45,527 bases of DNA from Octopus bimaculoides (GCF_001194135.2 NC_068990.1:46887213-46932739); one strand, 5' to 3'. Shown: positions 22,831 to 36,989, counted from the first letter of the stretch. Made by a program: numbers and translations. The notes: generated by a model not told the origin, from the letters alone.

Positions 22831-23514
22831 AGCTCCAGAAAATAATGGAATAAATATCGAACAAGCAGAGAGATGAGAGTAACAGTGGGTGAATCCCTAC
22901 AGTAAGCCAGTTGTTTTCTTTACGTAAGCCTCATTTCGAACGTATTCTATTTGGAAATACACGGTATGGTAGTCAGAAGAATTAAAATTGTGAGAGTCTC
23001 AGAATATCGCTAAGCAAATTGCGATGTTTCCAAAAATGATCGTCAAAACAGCAACTGCTATTAGTTACATACAATATTATTGTGATGGTATTTCTATGCC
23101 GGCAGATGTGCAATCAGGGCATTTGGAAACACGGATCATAAATATAGGATCATGAAACATTATGATGCTGCAGAAAAAGGAATAAGCTATGTATTTGAGT
23201 TTCACGGGTGCTGGTGGTTCTGGAGAGGGCCTGCTTGGATCTGCGTGGGTGGAAAGGAATTTTTGACCAGAAAGTTGTGTATTTTTTTTTTTTTACCACT
23301 TTTCAAGGAAATGAGACGGAAGTTCAAAGTAAATGTAGCAGTGCCGGGGTCGGACTGTATAAAACAAAAAAAAGAAACAAAGACAACGAAAAAGAAAACG
23401 GAAGTTGCCGAGGATAGGTCAAAGGAGCAGTCAAGTTACGGGGTAGTACATGAGTGGAGAGGAAATGTGGGATGACCGCACTGCACTCAGTCCTGATAAT
23501 TCTCTACGTCAAAC

Positions 23515-23518
23515 CATC

Positions 23519-23565
<47 letters not shown>

Positions 23566-23593
23566 AACCACTACCACCACCACCACCACCACT
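23515..23593. repeat. (ACC)n(ACT)n(ACC)n array
   Basis: Direct reading. Confidence 0.95.
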
Positions 23594-23993
23594 ACTTATC
23601 TATGTTCAGCCATGACACACCCACACACAGACACGTCCACACACATACACACACTGACAAGCGCATACATAGACCTGCACACGACCGCACCTCAAAGATA
23701 TTGCACCCGTTTCTCTGTAACATCAGCTAGGCTCTGACATGGAGCAGCCTACCGCTCTCTAACAAATCCACACCGCCGATACCAGCACCATCACCATCAC
23801 AACAGCAGCAGTAGCGACAACAGCAACAACAACAACTACTACTACTACTACTACTACTACTACAACAGAGCGCGTATCTATCATTACCCACTTACTGAAA
23901 TCATACATATACATGAATACGTCCACCCATACACACACATGCTAACTTATCGACATGCATAAACACGACATGCACCACTCTTTATGTACACAC

Positions 23994-24024
<31 letters not shown>

Positions 24025-24148
24025 TGACTCCCTACCCAGTTGCCCTTCAACAGCAACACACCGCTTACGTTCTAATACAAGCGATTCTGAGAAAAGCCCG
24101 CAGTAAACAGAACCATTTCTGAACTCGGTCGAAGTCAGATGATTTCCG

Positions 24149-24152
<4 letters not shown>

Positions 24153-24231
<79 letters not shown>

Positions 24232-24668
24232 AGAGTGTAAAACAGAACGGCAAGTGTAAAGAAGGAAATTAATGAGGGCAATGATGATGATGACGGCTGG
24301 ATGTAGTCTGACGTTGTGTGTGTGTGCTAGTGTGCGGGCGGTTGTGTGTATGTGTGTGAGTGTATGTGTGTGTGTACGTGTCTAGGGTGTGTGTGAGTGA
24401 TAGTGTAGGGTTGGAAAGACATTTTATAGTTCTTGACAACACTCCCGACTGCCCATGGTATGGGTGTAGGTTCGTTCTTGTATGTATGTTGTATGTGTGT
24501 GTGTCAGTGTTGGTCTTTTTCTATATGTAAGCGTGTATGTTTGTGTCTCGACATTTGCACATACACACGCACATATTTATTCGTGTGTGAGTGTATGTGT
24601 GCATGTGCCTATAATACACACACACGCACACATATATATATATATGTATGTTTGTGTGTATGTATGCA

Positions 24669-24718
<50 letters not shown>

Positions 24719-24882
24719 GTTGAGCAAGTACGTGAGAAAGATAAGCGAGGAAAAGGAGGTGAAGAAATATGTGTGTGTGTATGTGTGTGCATGTGCGTGT
24801 GTGTGTGTATTCTCGAACAAAAACAATGAAGAGGAGAAAAAAGAGAACTGATATAGATATATATATATAAATATAAATATAA

Positions 24883-24947
<65 letters not shown>

Positions 24948-25004
24948 CATATATATATAGAGAGAGAATGAGTGAGAGAGAGTGACAGAGAGAAGGAGAC
25001 AGAC

Positions 25005-25051
<47 letters not shown>

Positions 25052-25894
25052 CTGATTGATTGATTGATTGACTGAGAGAGAGAGGAGCAGAGAGGGAGAC
25101 GGGAGGAGGGAGAGAGGAATGGCAATGTTGAGAGCGAGACTATATCAGTCATTCAATGGAAGAAGTGAGAAAATGCAACGAAACTTGGAGTGAGAGCGAC
25201 TATTAGTAGTAGTAGTAGTAGTAGTAGTAGTAAAATTGAAATTACTGGCAAAGTCATGTAGGAAGAAAGCGAAATTTAACTGCAGGTGAGGGATTTTTAG
25301 TAGATAGCCAGGTAGTTAAAAGCACGAAGAAGTTTTCAGACAGAGGATTATACATACATGCATACGTAAACATATATTGAGATATAGATACACACACACA
25401 CAAATACATACACACACATATATACACACATATATACATATATATGCACAGAGACAGACGACAAACGGAACGACGGACGGACGGACGGACGGACGGACGG
25501 ACAGGCGGACAGATAGACAGATGAGTATATTTCTCTCTTATTTCCTCTCTATCTCTCCTCTGTCTTGGTCTATCTGTCTGTCTGTCTGTCTCTCCCCTTC
25601 TCTCTCTCTCTCTCTCCCTCTCTCTCTCTCATACACACACACACACACACNNNNNNNNNNNNNNNNNNNNNNNNNNNNNNNNNNNNNNNNNNNNNNNNNN
25701 NNNNNNNNNNNNNNNNNNNNNNNNNNNNNNNNNNNNNNNNNNNNNNNNNNNNNNNNNNNNNNNNNNNNNNNNNNNNNNNNNNNNNNNNNNNNNNNNNNNN
25801 NNNNNNNNNNNNNNNNNNNNNNNNNNNNNNATATATATATATATATATATAAATACACATATATATATATGAATATATGAAAGAGAGAGAGGGG

Positions 25895-25974
<80 letters not shown>

Positions 25975-25975
25975 T
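24153..25975. repeat. Dense microsatellite field: (GT)n, (AT)n, (GATA)n, (GATT)n, (TAG)n, (GACG)n; gap N 25651-25830
   Basis: Direct reading. Confidence 0.9.
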
Positions 25976-26630
25976 TGAGAAGGGAAAGGAAAGAAAGTAG
26001 GTACTGGTAGTAGATTTTTTTCTTCGATTCTTAAAGTGCGCCAAAATTTGTTTACACAAGTAATTATCTCGTTGTTCAGACTACATTGGTTATTGCAGAC
26101 GGAAAGAAGAATAGTTACATTATCGGCACACCATACATTATAAATTAGAAGTCGTCTGTTAATCGGTCATCTGATACCTTGAAAAGCGATATCACCCATT
26201 CTGACCTTCCCGCACCTCTCTCTCTCCCATCCCCCTCTCTCTCTCTCGCTCTCTCTTCCATTTCTCTCTTCTGTCTGTTTCTTTCTTTTTCTTTCTCCCT
26301 CTCTCATCACTTGTCTCTCTTTTCACACCATAAGTACTCTAACACAGAGTAGCTTATAAACCTATTTCAAGACTCAAGTGTAACCGATCGTTAAACGTTG
26401 TTTTGCTGCACAGTATTTCTCATTGTGAAACTTATGGCTTCGACCTTAGTTTAAGAGAAGTATATCTGTTTTATTAGACTGGCAGACAGGACTATTCTGG
26501 AACTTTGATAGCAACAGTTGATGCTGCTATGGTCAGAAGTGATTTAATAGCTGAGAAGTATCTCTTGAGTCAAAAGTGATTTAATAGTTAAATGACCAAA
26601 AGTACTCTAGCCATGACTATTTCGTCATTT

Positions 26631-26945
26631 TAGCCCCGGGCCGACCAAAGTCTTGTGAGTGGATTTGGTAGACGGAAACTGAAAGAAGCCCGTCGTATAT
26701 ATGTATGTATGTATATGTATGTGTGTGTATATATTTGTGTGTCTGTATTTGTCCCCCCAACTTCGCTTGACAACCGATGCTGGTGTATTTACGTCCCCGT
26801 AACTTATCGGTTCGGCCAAAAGAGACCGATAGAATAAGTACTAGGCTTACAAAGAATAAGTCCTGGGGTCGATTTGCTCGACTAAAGGCGGTGCCCCAGC
26901 ATGACCGCAGTCAAATGACTGAAACAAGTAAAAGAGTAAAAGAGA
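26631..26945 (+). mobile_element. Family A SINE, 5'-truncated
   Basis: Collinear with 9722-10030 (TAGCCCCGGGCCGACCAAAG ... AAATGACTGAAAC). Confidence 0.88.
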
Positions 26946-27065
26946 ACTAGATTGTCCAGTGTCTCCTTGACTGTGGAGAGCGTTGTTACTGCTATTCATT
27001 AAAGATAGAGTGATCCACGTTGGCTCGATATGTAAAGGCTCCTTAGTTGGCCCCTTCATGTAGAG

Positions 27066-27301
27066 CAGTGGTTCTCAACCGGGGTCTATATGACCCTTGG
27101 GGTCCATACAAGATTTTCTTCCTAAAATTTATGTGCAATAAATTGGCTCTTTTTCTACAATACACAAAACTTTTACGATTTATCAAATATAGTTTCTTGT
27201 AATAATTATTTATAAAGATATAAGATTTTTTAAACAACGAATGGTTATGAGGGTCCACCTGAATAAAATAAGAATTAAAGGGTTCCATGGAGAAAAAACT
27301 G
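27066..27301. mobile_element. hAT (Charlie/Buster-type) MITE
   Basis: Starts CAGTGGTTCTCAACC, ends degenerate GAGAAAAAACTG. TSD ATGTAGAG / ATATAGAG (7/8). Internal GGGTCC motifs. Confidence 0.75.
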
Positions 27302-27878
27302 ATATAGAGTCACCGTTGCTAGCTACTCATTTGGTTTTTCAATCGTTGGCTCATAATAACTGCAGCTGAGGGTGTAACTATTCAATAATGATTCCTTACA
27401 CAGGCACAAGGGCACGAAGGATGTTAGCGGAGTAAAGAAATCCAAAACATGGTTGGCACTTATTTTATCGATCACGGTGAAATTTCAAGATTGTAGATAC
27501 TAAGTTCACTTCTCAAATATGATGCACCTTGAGAAATTTCCTAAGCAAAACAGTGCGGAAGTTTAAGAATCAACATATGCAAGTGGAACAATGGATCTTA
27601 CTTCATGTAGCCTAAAGTCATCTTGTTTGAAAACCAGTTGTATTGAACAATAGAATATCCAGCTGTAAATAAATATTACACAGTACTCAAAAATTGACAT
27701 TGGGTACCCTTAATGTTGTTTTTAATACGTGTATGAGTGTATATTTATGCGGGTATGAATGTATATATATTGCACTTGGTAATACGAAGGAAAAACACTA
27801 GTGTAATGATAATTGGGTATTTTTCCGGCAGTATATTGGATATATTAGTGGGTTGGATTCACAACCCCTAACTTTCTT

Positions 27879-27913
<35 letters not shown>

Positions 27914-28119
27914 CACGTATGTATGAATAATTGATTTTTCCAGCCAGCAATGAGAGCCCGTGTCGAATAACTTAGAAAGTAAACTATATAAAGGGGAACA
28001 CCTTAACAGCTTAAAACGCGCGCGCGCGCACGCACACGCACACACACACATCAAAAATGTGCAATACATATAAGCTTGAATGAAATTTATGAAATTCTTA
28101 TTAGGAAAGGCCGAGATCA

Positions 28120-28676
28120 NNNNNNNNNNNNNNNNNNNNNNNNNNNNNNNNNNNNNNNNNNNNNNNNNNNNNNNNNNNNNNNNNNNNNNNNNNNNNNNNN
28201 NNNNNNNNNNNNNNNNNNNNNNNNNNNNNNNNNNNNNNNNNNNNNNNNNNNNNNNNNNNNNNNNNNNNNNNNNNNNNNNNNNNNNNNNNNNNNNNNNNNN
28301 NNNNNNNNNNNNNNNNNNNNNNNNNNNNNNNNNNNNNNNNNNNNNNNNNNNNNNNNNNNNNNNNNNNNNNNNNNNNNNNNNNNNNNNNNNNNNNNNNNNN
28401 NNNNNNNNNNNNNNNNNNNNNNNNNNNNNNNNNNNNNNNNNNNNNNNNNNNNNNNNNNNNNNNNNNNNNNNNNNNNNNNNNNNNNNNNNNNNNNNNNNNN
28501 NNNNNNNNNNNNNNNNNNNNNNNNNNNNNNNNNNNNNNNNNNNNNNNNNNNNNNNNNNNNNNNNNNNNNNNNNNNNNNNNNNNNNNNNNNNNNNNNNNNN
28601 NNNNNNNNNNNNNNNNNNNNNNNNNNNNNNNNNNNNNNNNNNNNNNNNNNNNNNNNNNNNNNNNNNNNNNNNNNNN
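28120..28676. other. Assembly gap
   Basis: N run. Confidence 0.99.
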
Positions 28677-28691
28677 TGTGTGTGTGTGTGT

Positions 28692-28870
28692 ATAGTCAAT
28701 CCAAACAAGAACAAGCAAGAAAAAACAACAGCGCGAGGACGTGGTACAAGTACTGTGTTATTGGTCGCTCAAGAAAGGAAAGAAAAGAAAGAGTGTTTCA
28801 AGTTTCGAGCGGAGCTCTTCATCAGAAATATAGAAAAAGTCCAAAGAAGGGAAGATGGAGAAAGAAAATC
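28692..28870 (-). mobile_element. Solo PLE-type terminal fragment with a hammerhead-like motif
   Basis: Minus strand TTT-CTGATGA-A-GAGC-TCC-GCTC-GAAAC at 28828-28802. Abuts a (TG/TA)n tract. Confidence 0.55.
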
Positions 28871-30285
28871 GCCAACGACACAGACGCGGTCGCATATTGC
28901 AATATGCCTTTCTGTCTTTTAAGGCGATTTGGCTTGATTTCGGGCAGATCTAGTTGCGATTTCTAGTAGGTTGAATGGTTGAATGACCTGATAGAAGTTC
29001 CCTTGTTGACTTGTATAAATTTCTGTTAGCTATTATAGCAAATTTAATTTATGTCATGAAATTAAATTATTACGTTATGCCGGGCGGGCTTGATATTTTG
29101 TTTTCCATGTCTTCACTAGTATCTGTATTTCTGTAGAACCCCTGCCATGCTTGTTTGGAACCTTTGCTTTCTTTTAAACTTCTTCGCTGGTTATCCCACG
29201 TGTCTGCGTTTATGATTATATTCTGGCGGGAAACTGCTCGAAAATTTTCGTTCAAATTACACGATCACACAAATGTACTTGTTATATGGTTGGTTAGAAA
29301 ACCGGGCAAAAGTTACCTGATAGGTTGTGGCCTTTTTCATGTTACCGAGTTACCAGGGTTTCGAATTCCAAGAGTCGCTATGTGAGTGTGGGGAAGTATA
29401 TAAAAATGCCAAAAATAACAGGAAATTAAGAAAATTATATTTATCACTCCCCAAATATTATACAGGTTTGTTTGCTTTTAATATATGCAATATGCTATAG
29501 TCAATATTTCGCTTGTTATTCTATATTATGTTGTTTTCTACAAGAAATGCTCTACCGAATTTCAAAAATGGATAATGGATCTTATAAACAGGTTGCATAC
29601 ATTTTCTAAAGATAAGGGGCAACATTTGTAGTTTATGAACAAGCTGCACATTGCCAACATACTTGATACATTCTGCCCAAAAGCTATAGATGTACATAAT
29701 AAACACTATTATTCACATTCACAGCAAAAGCTCGTAACGAACAATATTTCTTGCTTAGGTCTGAGGAAGTACCAATATACCTTGGCCTTCTGAATATTCA
29801 GACTAATTTCAAATTATTTCTGTTTTTTGTTCTGCTTCAAGAAATACATGTATGCAGTGTAACAAGTAAATAAGATAAAGTTGAATACATGATAGTTCTC
29901 ATTAAGTTGAATATAAAAGGTAATAGTGACATATAGTGGAATATATGAAGTAGAATAAGTAATAGTGGAATAAGTATAAACACAAATGATATAGCGTATT
30001 AAATATACATTGATGACACGGTGCATATTAAATATATTGATTAGAATTACGAACGAGTAAAAGAAGAAAGTTAATTTGATCATCATAATTTATGAACATA
30101 AAAACAGTTGAGCATTATGACAAAAGATGACAGCAGAATGAAATTTCGAATACAAATAATAAACAAAACGACTCCATTCCGTGTTGAATAATTTAGGAAC
30201 TAAGTCATAGAAAGTGGAACAAATCCAAGAGCTTCAAATGGTTAAATGTTACTCACAAAAAATATATATTCAAATACACGTAGCG

Positions 30286-30336
<51 letters not shown>

Positions 30337-31156
30337 ATATAATATATACCTCTAGGAAGGTAGAAAGATGGGGTATTTCCAATGCAGCACTCAACCCGAG
30401 CTTTTTACACTGCTCTTTACACTGTCGGATTCCAGTCTAATATCGACGTTCTTCAGGTGTAAAAAATCCAGGTTCCACAACTTTAAAACCGCTATGTGGG
30501 TTTTGCGAGGAGTAAAATATAATCCAAATAAGAAGGCAAAGGAAGATTTAACACATCTTCAATGACCAGTTACAATTGTTACTGTACCAACTTCAATGAC
30601 AGTTCACGCAAAAGTTCCGAGTGAAGTTTTATGTAATATTTACAGTTTTAAACATTAGAGTTGCACTTCTTCAGACCTGCCTTGCATTGTGCATTCGCCA
30701 GGTTTTGTATCTTGTTTGCATCAAGAGTAGATTGTGTGAATATGGATAGAGCAAGTACTGTATCAATACCAAAATTGATAAAATTCAGTAGCGAAAGCTA
30801 TTCCCACGTTCAAATGTGCATGATTTTGTTATAAAGAATTGTACATGTTATTGTTTTGATCTTTGCTGCTTTGTGTGCGTATGTATATCAACTCCAGCTT
30901 GACAAGCCTCTGCACACATCTGCAAATGTTTCGTTTACTGATTTTTATATAACAACAGATGTTCTTAACTGGCTCGAAAGAACCGGGCATTGTTCATTGC
31001 TGGGGATGCAAACTTAAGCAGAAGTATTACTGCGTGCTTGTGTGTTGACGTCATTTAGAAAGTGTTGTGCTTTTATACACAAAGTCTCTTCTGAAAAGTT
31101 GTTCTCCGAGACAAAACCCTGCAGCAAATGTCATTTCCACGTTCGATTGTGAAGGG

Positions 31157-31880
31157 AAACTTCTTAGGACACGGTGAACTGCTGTGACGCCACTTCATTG
31201 ATTGCTGCTTGGTCTGGAGATCATAATGATGGAACCAAGTTTCCTCCATGGTAGCTACACGATCCATAAAAGCTTTTCCCGCTGCAAACCGGTCCAAAAT
31301 CGCCTTTGATACTGTCACTCTGATGCGCTTGTGATCTGCGTTCAGACATTTCGGCACCTATTTTACGGAAAGCTTTCTCACGTCCAGAAGGCTGTAGATG
31401 ATGTAGCCAACTCTTTTGCGGTAAATCACCAGTCTCAGCTACAACTTGAGCTGAAATCCAGCGGTCCTCGAGAATCATGACGTTCACAGCCACGGCTTTG
31501 TCCTCTGTGGTTGAAGAAGTTGGTCGTCCTCATCGGAGTTCATCTGTTACCTCGAAATGACCAGTCCGAAATCTTGTGAAGTAAAATGGGCAGCCATCCT
31601 TCAAAACTACCTTAATCTCCCCATGGATTCCCGCTGCTCCTTTACCTTACAAAGAAAGGAACTTCATGATCGTCGGTACTTCAATTTTACCAAAATTCAC
31701 TGTAGGAACTGCCATCGTGCATTGAATATGCAAAGAAACAAACATATATTGTATACTATCATGATTTTTTTGCATACCTTCTCCTAAACAGTTGTCCTAC
31801 CTCCCCTGAAAATGGGGCGGTAGAACAACTATTAAAGGTAGGATACCCTGAAAGCCAGGAGCTTTTTAGCACCCCTCGTA
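31157..31880 (-). mobile_element. Mariner 5' half (TIR plus truncated transposase)
   Basis: TA-CGAGGGGTGCTAAAAAGCTCC terminus at 31880. GRP..TEDK, ILEDRWIS, VPKCLNADHKRIR and TMEETWFHHYDLQTKQQSMKWRHSSSPCPKKF. Truncated before the remaining catalytic aspartates. Confidence 0.9.
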
Positions 31881-32589
31881 CATCACTAAACTGCATGCAG
31901 CCGGATCTAAACACTTGACCTATAAAAAGCTGCTTGCTTACTAGGAAGAAATTCATATTTACATTTTTACATATTTATTCCCCATCGACTACCAGAACAC
32001 GCATATTAGAGGTATCGAGAGCTATTTTATCCATCGTAACCTTTCCTTATTCAAGACGAAATGGTATGATTTGAGGTCAATTAGACTGATAGATCTAATA
32101 AATCGAGTGACCAAGTCGAGGCTCCGGTAATGGCTCAAATATATTGTGTTTTATTTTGGTTTTTGGATAAGTGATTATATTTTAAAGCAATTGGCATGGG
32201 AAGAATGAATGGAACATTGTGACTTTATGACTTTCCTAATGGTATATACTACTTAAATGAAGTAAACTGAATTGAATTAGCTTCAAAGACAGAAACCACG
32301 TTGTCACATTTCAGCCTGATGATATTAACTTTTCTTTGTTATTACTTTGAAAGACATTCATCGGGTGGATGAAATGGAGTGGAGTGGAGTGGAGTGGAGT
32401 GGAGAGGAGAACGTGAGACATTGTTAATGATATAAGTGGCTTGGCTGAAGTGAAGTGAAATGAAATAATGAATTGGTTTGAAGAGAATATTTGAAACAGC
32501 ATCGAACCTTGGTTTTCAGAGAAAGAGGGGTAGGGGAGTCAGTCAGTCAAACATACAGACGTATAAATAGACAGACAGGTAGCTAGCTA

Positions 32590-32759
32590 GACAGCCAGCC
32601 AGTCAGCCAGCCAGCCAGCCAGCCAGCAAGCCAGCCAGCCAGCCAGCCAGCTAGCCAGTTAGAAAGACAGATAGACAGACAGACAGANNNNNNNNNNNNN
32701 NNNNNNNNNNNNNNNNNNNNNNNNNNNNNNNNNNNNNNNNNNNNNNNNNNNNNNNNNNN

Positions 32760-32810
<51 letters not shown>
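32590..32810. repeat. (GCCA)n/(GACA)n, gap (N 32688-32759), (GA)n
   Basis: Direct reading. Confidence 0.9.
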
Positions 32811-32813
<3 letters not shown>

Positions 32814-34936
32814 ACAAATGAATGAAGAATGAAAAAATAACAAACGAGATGTACAGAATGGAGATGAGATAAAGAGAGCGTTGAAGTGTGTTGAAACCAA
32901 TGGAATACGTTAAGTAAAAAGAGTCGTTGTTAGAAAAGAATAGACATAGGAAAGTAAAATGTGTAGAGGAAGACAGAGAAATGAGAGAAAGAGAGAGATA
33001 GAGTGAGACAGACAGACAGAAAGACAGAGACAGAAAGGAAGAGGGACAGACAGATAGAGGGGAGAGAGAGGGATAGAAGAAGAAGAATACAGAGAGAAAG
33101 AGATAGTGGGGGCTAGAAGCGGTGGTGGGGGAGAGAAGTGGGTGACACGTTTTAGAACGGAAGAGCAAAGGAAATTGTGTAATACGATGACAACAAACAC
33201 TAAATCCCACTTTAACTAATTTAATATACAGTAGTGGTCACTTGTAATAACTTCTTCATACATGCTAACACTTTAGCTGCCAGAATATTACTAATGGTCT
33301 TTTGTTAGTGGTTTGATTCTAGTGGAGATGACGTATGTCTTAGTATAGGTAATCTTTAACATGAAACAGCAAGAGGCTTTACGCTCTGGGTTTAACGCTT
33401 CTTTCTTATTAGTTTTAAGAAGATGAGAAATGAGATAAGTATATATTCCAGCCAAATCTAAACTTCTAAAAAGGTCAATCTTTTCCGAAACTTCCAGGAT
33501 CAATAGAATTGGTTTATCGATACCGATTTCCGTTAACTTTAAGTGGATAGAAACGTCAGCTGAGAGAATTGAACCTAGCATTACCATTCAATGAAATTAG
33601 ATGTCTAGTGATGCAAATTATGCCACCGCTTACACAATGCGAGGCTAGTAACACTTGTAGCTGTTACCGTCTCAGAAATCCAAACCTCTGTATAAACCGA
33701 AAAACTAGCCCAGAGATACAATGAATGTCTATAGTAGAATTTGAACGCAGCGATTTATTAACTATTGAACAGATAAAATCAACATACTAATCAGATAAAA
33801 TATTTCTGCAAATGCATTTTCGTAGTAAATTCATCTGTACTGAGAACATTTAAAGCCACCTTAGATTTGGGGTATATATGCACACAATGTTTTCAAGTAT
33901 TTCTTACGTGGCGTAACGATATAAATTATCACTCGAGAGGTATAATTGTCAGATTTTAATTGTCATATTTTAATTGTTATATTTGTGAATCGGAGAGAGA
34001 AGAAAAAATTTCGTAAAACTTAACACAAATTGAGAATATTAATTTAACGTCTTGTGTGGAATGTTATTGGCTGCTGATGTTAAGCAGAAAGAAATACTTT
34101 TAGAATGACTTCTAGAATGAAAGTGTTCTATGATGAATTATATGGGAATATGGAACAAAAGATCTAATATTGATATTGGGAAGTGAGACATATAATAGGT
34201 GCTCCAAGAAAGAAAAACCCAATACATTAGTAACTTGAACATATAGTTCCTAGAAAGAGAAATTCATTCGGTACTGAATATGGAAACCAACAGTGATAGC
34301 CTAGCATAGGTACGCTTCTGTGGTTGGAATCGGAAAGAGCAATGGTATAGGTGTTCAGAGAAAGAGAAACGAATGTGACTAGTATAAACAAGTAACAGAA
34401 GAATTTTGAGAGGGAGCAAATCTTGACAGTCAGACATTAGAGAAGAATTTGTTTAATGTAATCACAGATAACATCATCAAATATCTGCCGATATAGAAAT
34501 TAGTCGGTCCGAAACACTTCGTTTAATATGAGTTAAAAATCATCCGCTTACTCGAAATCAACTTTGCCTTTTTCAATACAAACATTGCCTTTTCCTAGAT
34601 CACTTTCGCTTTTCATCAAAATCAACTTTGTTTCTCTCCGAAGTGAACTACTTTACCTTTTATCTTGTGAAGGATTATGGGCACTGTCTTCCCTCTTGAT
34701 ACTCGTAATACTGCTATCCCTCGTAATACTGCTATCAAAAGTTTCAAGTAAACAATATTCGTTAATCACTTATTTTATGGCGTCATAGTACTGGTATACT
34801 TCATTATCAGCCTTAAGATATGAAGCTCAATGAGGGAAGCTTGCCTTGTAAATCCCTTTGTGTGTGTGGCATTTTCTTCTTAGCACTATTACCGTTACCA
34901 TCATTTCTGCTATCACAACACACGACAATGACACTG

Positions 34937-35056
<120 letters not shown>

Positions 35057-36514
35057 GTCTACCTAACTACTTAGCTTTTTATTTATAGAAACAGTGGCAA
35101 CTCCAAAGCAGTAGGCGCGCTTGATACAAAGGTGTGGTAGGTGTGTGCTGGTTGTGGTGGTGGATAGGGGAGTGGCTGATGGGGATGGCGCCATTGAAAG
35201 TCGGGATACTGATGTATTAAGTTGGATGTGGCGCTAGCAATATTGATGTATCCCTTACCTTACCTTGGGTCCTCAACTCCTTGCTTGAGTTCTAGGGACG
35301 TTGTTGTGACATACAGTGTGACTTAAACATTTTTTTGACATAGAGGAGACAATCTCTCTTCTGGTTAGAGATTTCTTAGAGAAAATAGAAAGTTACAAAG
35401 AAGAAGTAATAGAGAGAGGGCAGATCATAGTAGTGGATTGGCACTTTATCAGCTTCAAAAGGCTGGACGGCAGAGTTAACCTCAGCGGGAGGATTTGAGT
35501 GTACAGACCTGGAACGATTACTGCAGCTGTATCAGACTCCATAATGTCTCAGAAAATTCAAAAGAAATCTAAGATTGTTTTTGAAGTAGGGACCCGTCAG
35601 ATTTTTATGGTTCTTTCTGTAGTTTCTCCGGCCCCAAACTGATATGCTGGCAACCCACGCTATCACTTCTTATAGACATTTTATAGATATAACGTGTCCC
35701 CCTCTCAAAATTCAAAAAGAATTTAAAATCATCCTTTGAATTTTGAGAGATTACTCATGTGTAACACAAAAGCAGCTATTTTCTGCCCCCTCCCGGGGTC
35801 TCTACGTATCAGCAGTCATAAAGTTCTTATGTAGCACACGATGATCCTGTTAATAGGCAAGTCATAGTTTCACCATCAGCAGATTATCCATATCTCAAAG
35901 AGGTGTGAGTTCATGTGCCAACGTGAGAAAGGTGTGCCGTCTCAGATAAAACCAAAATACTACTCCGAGCTAAAATACTTCAGCAAATACATTTTCGTAG
36001 TAAATTCATCTGTACTGAGAACATTTAAAATAGTTCTCACTCGTCATTTTAGTTATATCAAATACCTTACGGGGATTGTGAAGTCTTTTTTTTTACTATT
36101 ACAACTTATTAATGAGTGGGTAGAATACAATTCAAATTTCTGCTGACGAACCATGTACATTGCAAGGACTTCAACTAACAATAATCACTAATTTGCAAGA
36201 ATGACAGCAAGCTGATACAAAATTCAATTGAAATCTGATTCTTTTCTATTTTTTCCCATGTTACTTTTACTTGCTTCCTGACTTAATGGGTTTCCGATAT
36301 GTTTTCTCCTATTCTACATAGTTCATCTAATTTACCGCCGCCCCTTCCTTTTGCTCTTTCTCCTCTTTCCCGTCTCTTGCACCCACATACATTCTTATCT
36401 TCGTTTCGTCTCATTTCTTTCTCCATGTTGCTTTCACTCTATTCTTTCACCGTTTCACTTTTTCTTTTCTTTGCTATCTCTTTTTCACTCACTACTTTTC
36501 CTTCATTTCTTTTC

Positions 36515-36615
36515 ACTCCTCCTCCTCCTTCTCCTCCTTCTCCTCCTCCTCCTCCTCCTCCTCCTCATCATCATCATCATCATCATCATCTCCTCCTCAT
36601 CCTTATTCTCCTCCT
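36515..36615. repeat. (CCT)n(CAT)n array
   Basis: Direct reading. Confidence 0.9.
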
Positions 36616-36679
36616 CCTCTTGCTCTTCCTTTATCTCAAATTATATTCTTGTCCTTTTCTCCTTTGCTTTTTCTTTTGC

Positions 36680-36880
36680 TTTTTTTGTTTTACATGCTTC
36701 AGTCACTGAGCTGCGACCATGCTGAGGGGCCGCCTTCAAGTTTTCTTGTTTTTTTTGTCGAACAAATCGGCAACAGTACTTACGTGTTTCTTTTCAAGTC
36801 TGGTACTCATTCTATCAGAGGCTTTTGCCAAAAGGCTAAGTTACGGGGACGTAAATAAACTAACACCAGTGGCCAGGTGA
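36680..36880 (-). mobile_element. Family A-related SINE 3' half
   Basis: CTAAGTTACGGGGACGTAAA and CTTCAGTCA..GCGACCATGCTG match the reverse complement of 26790-26930. Confidence 0.7.
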
Positions 36881-36989
36881 CAAATACAGATACAACCTAT
36901 CTCTAAATCTTTCCCTCCCATCATTTCCGTATATATCGACTTATCTGTCTCTTTCTTTCTCTTTTTCTTTCTTTCTCTCTTTCTTTCTC

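Noticed and set aside
30340-30620. Short ORFs on both strands, e.g. minus-strand FKVVEPGFF
   Set aside because: In-frame stops, no convincing splice sites and no recognisable family.
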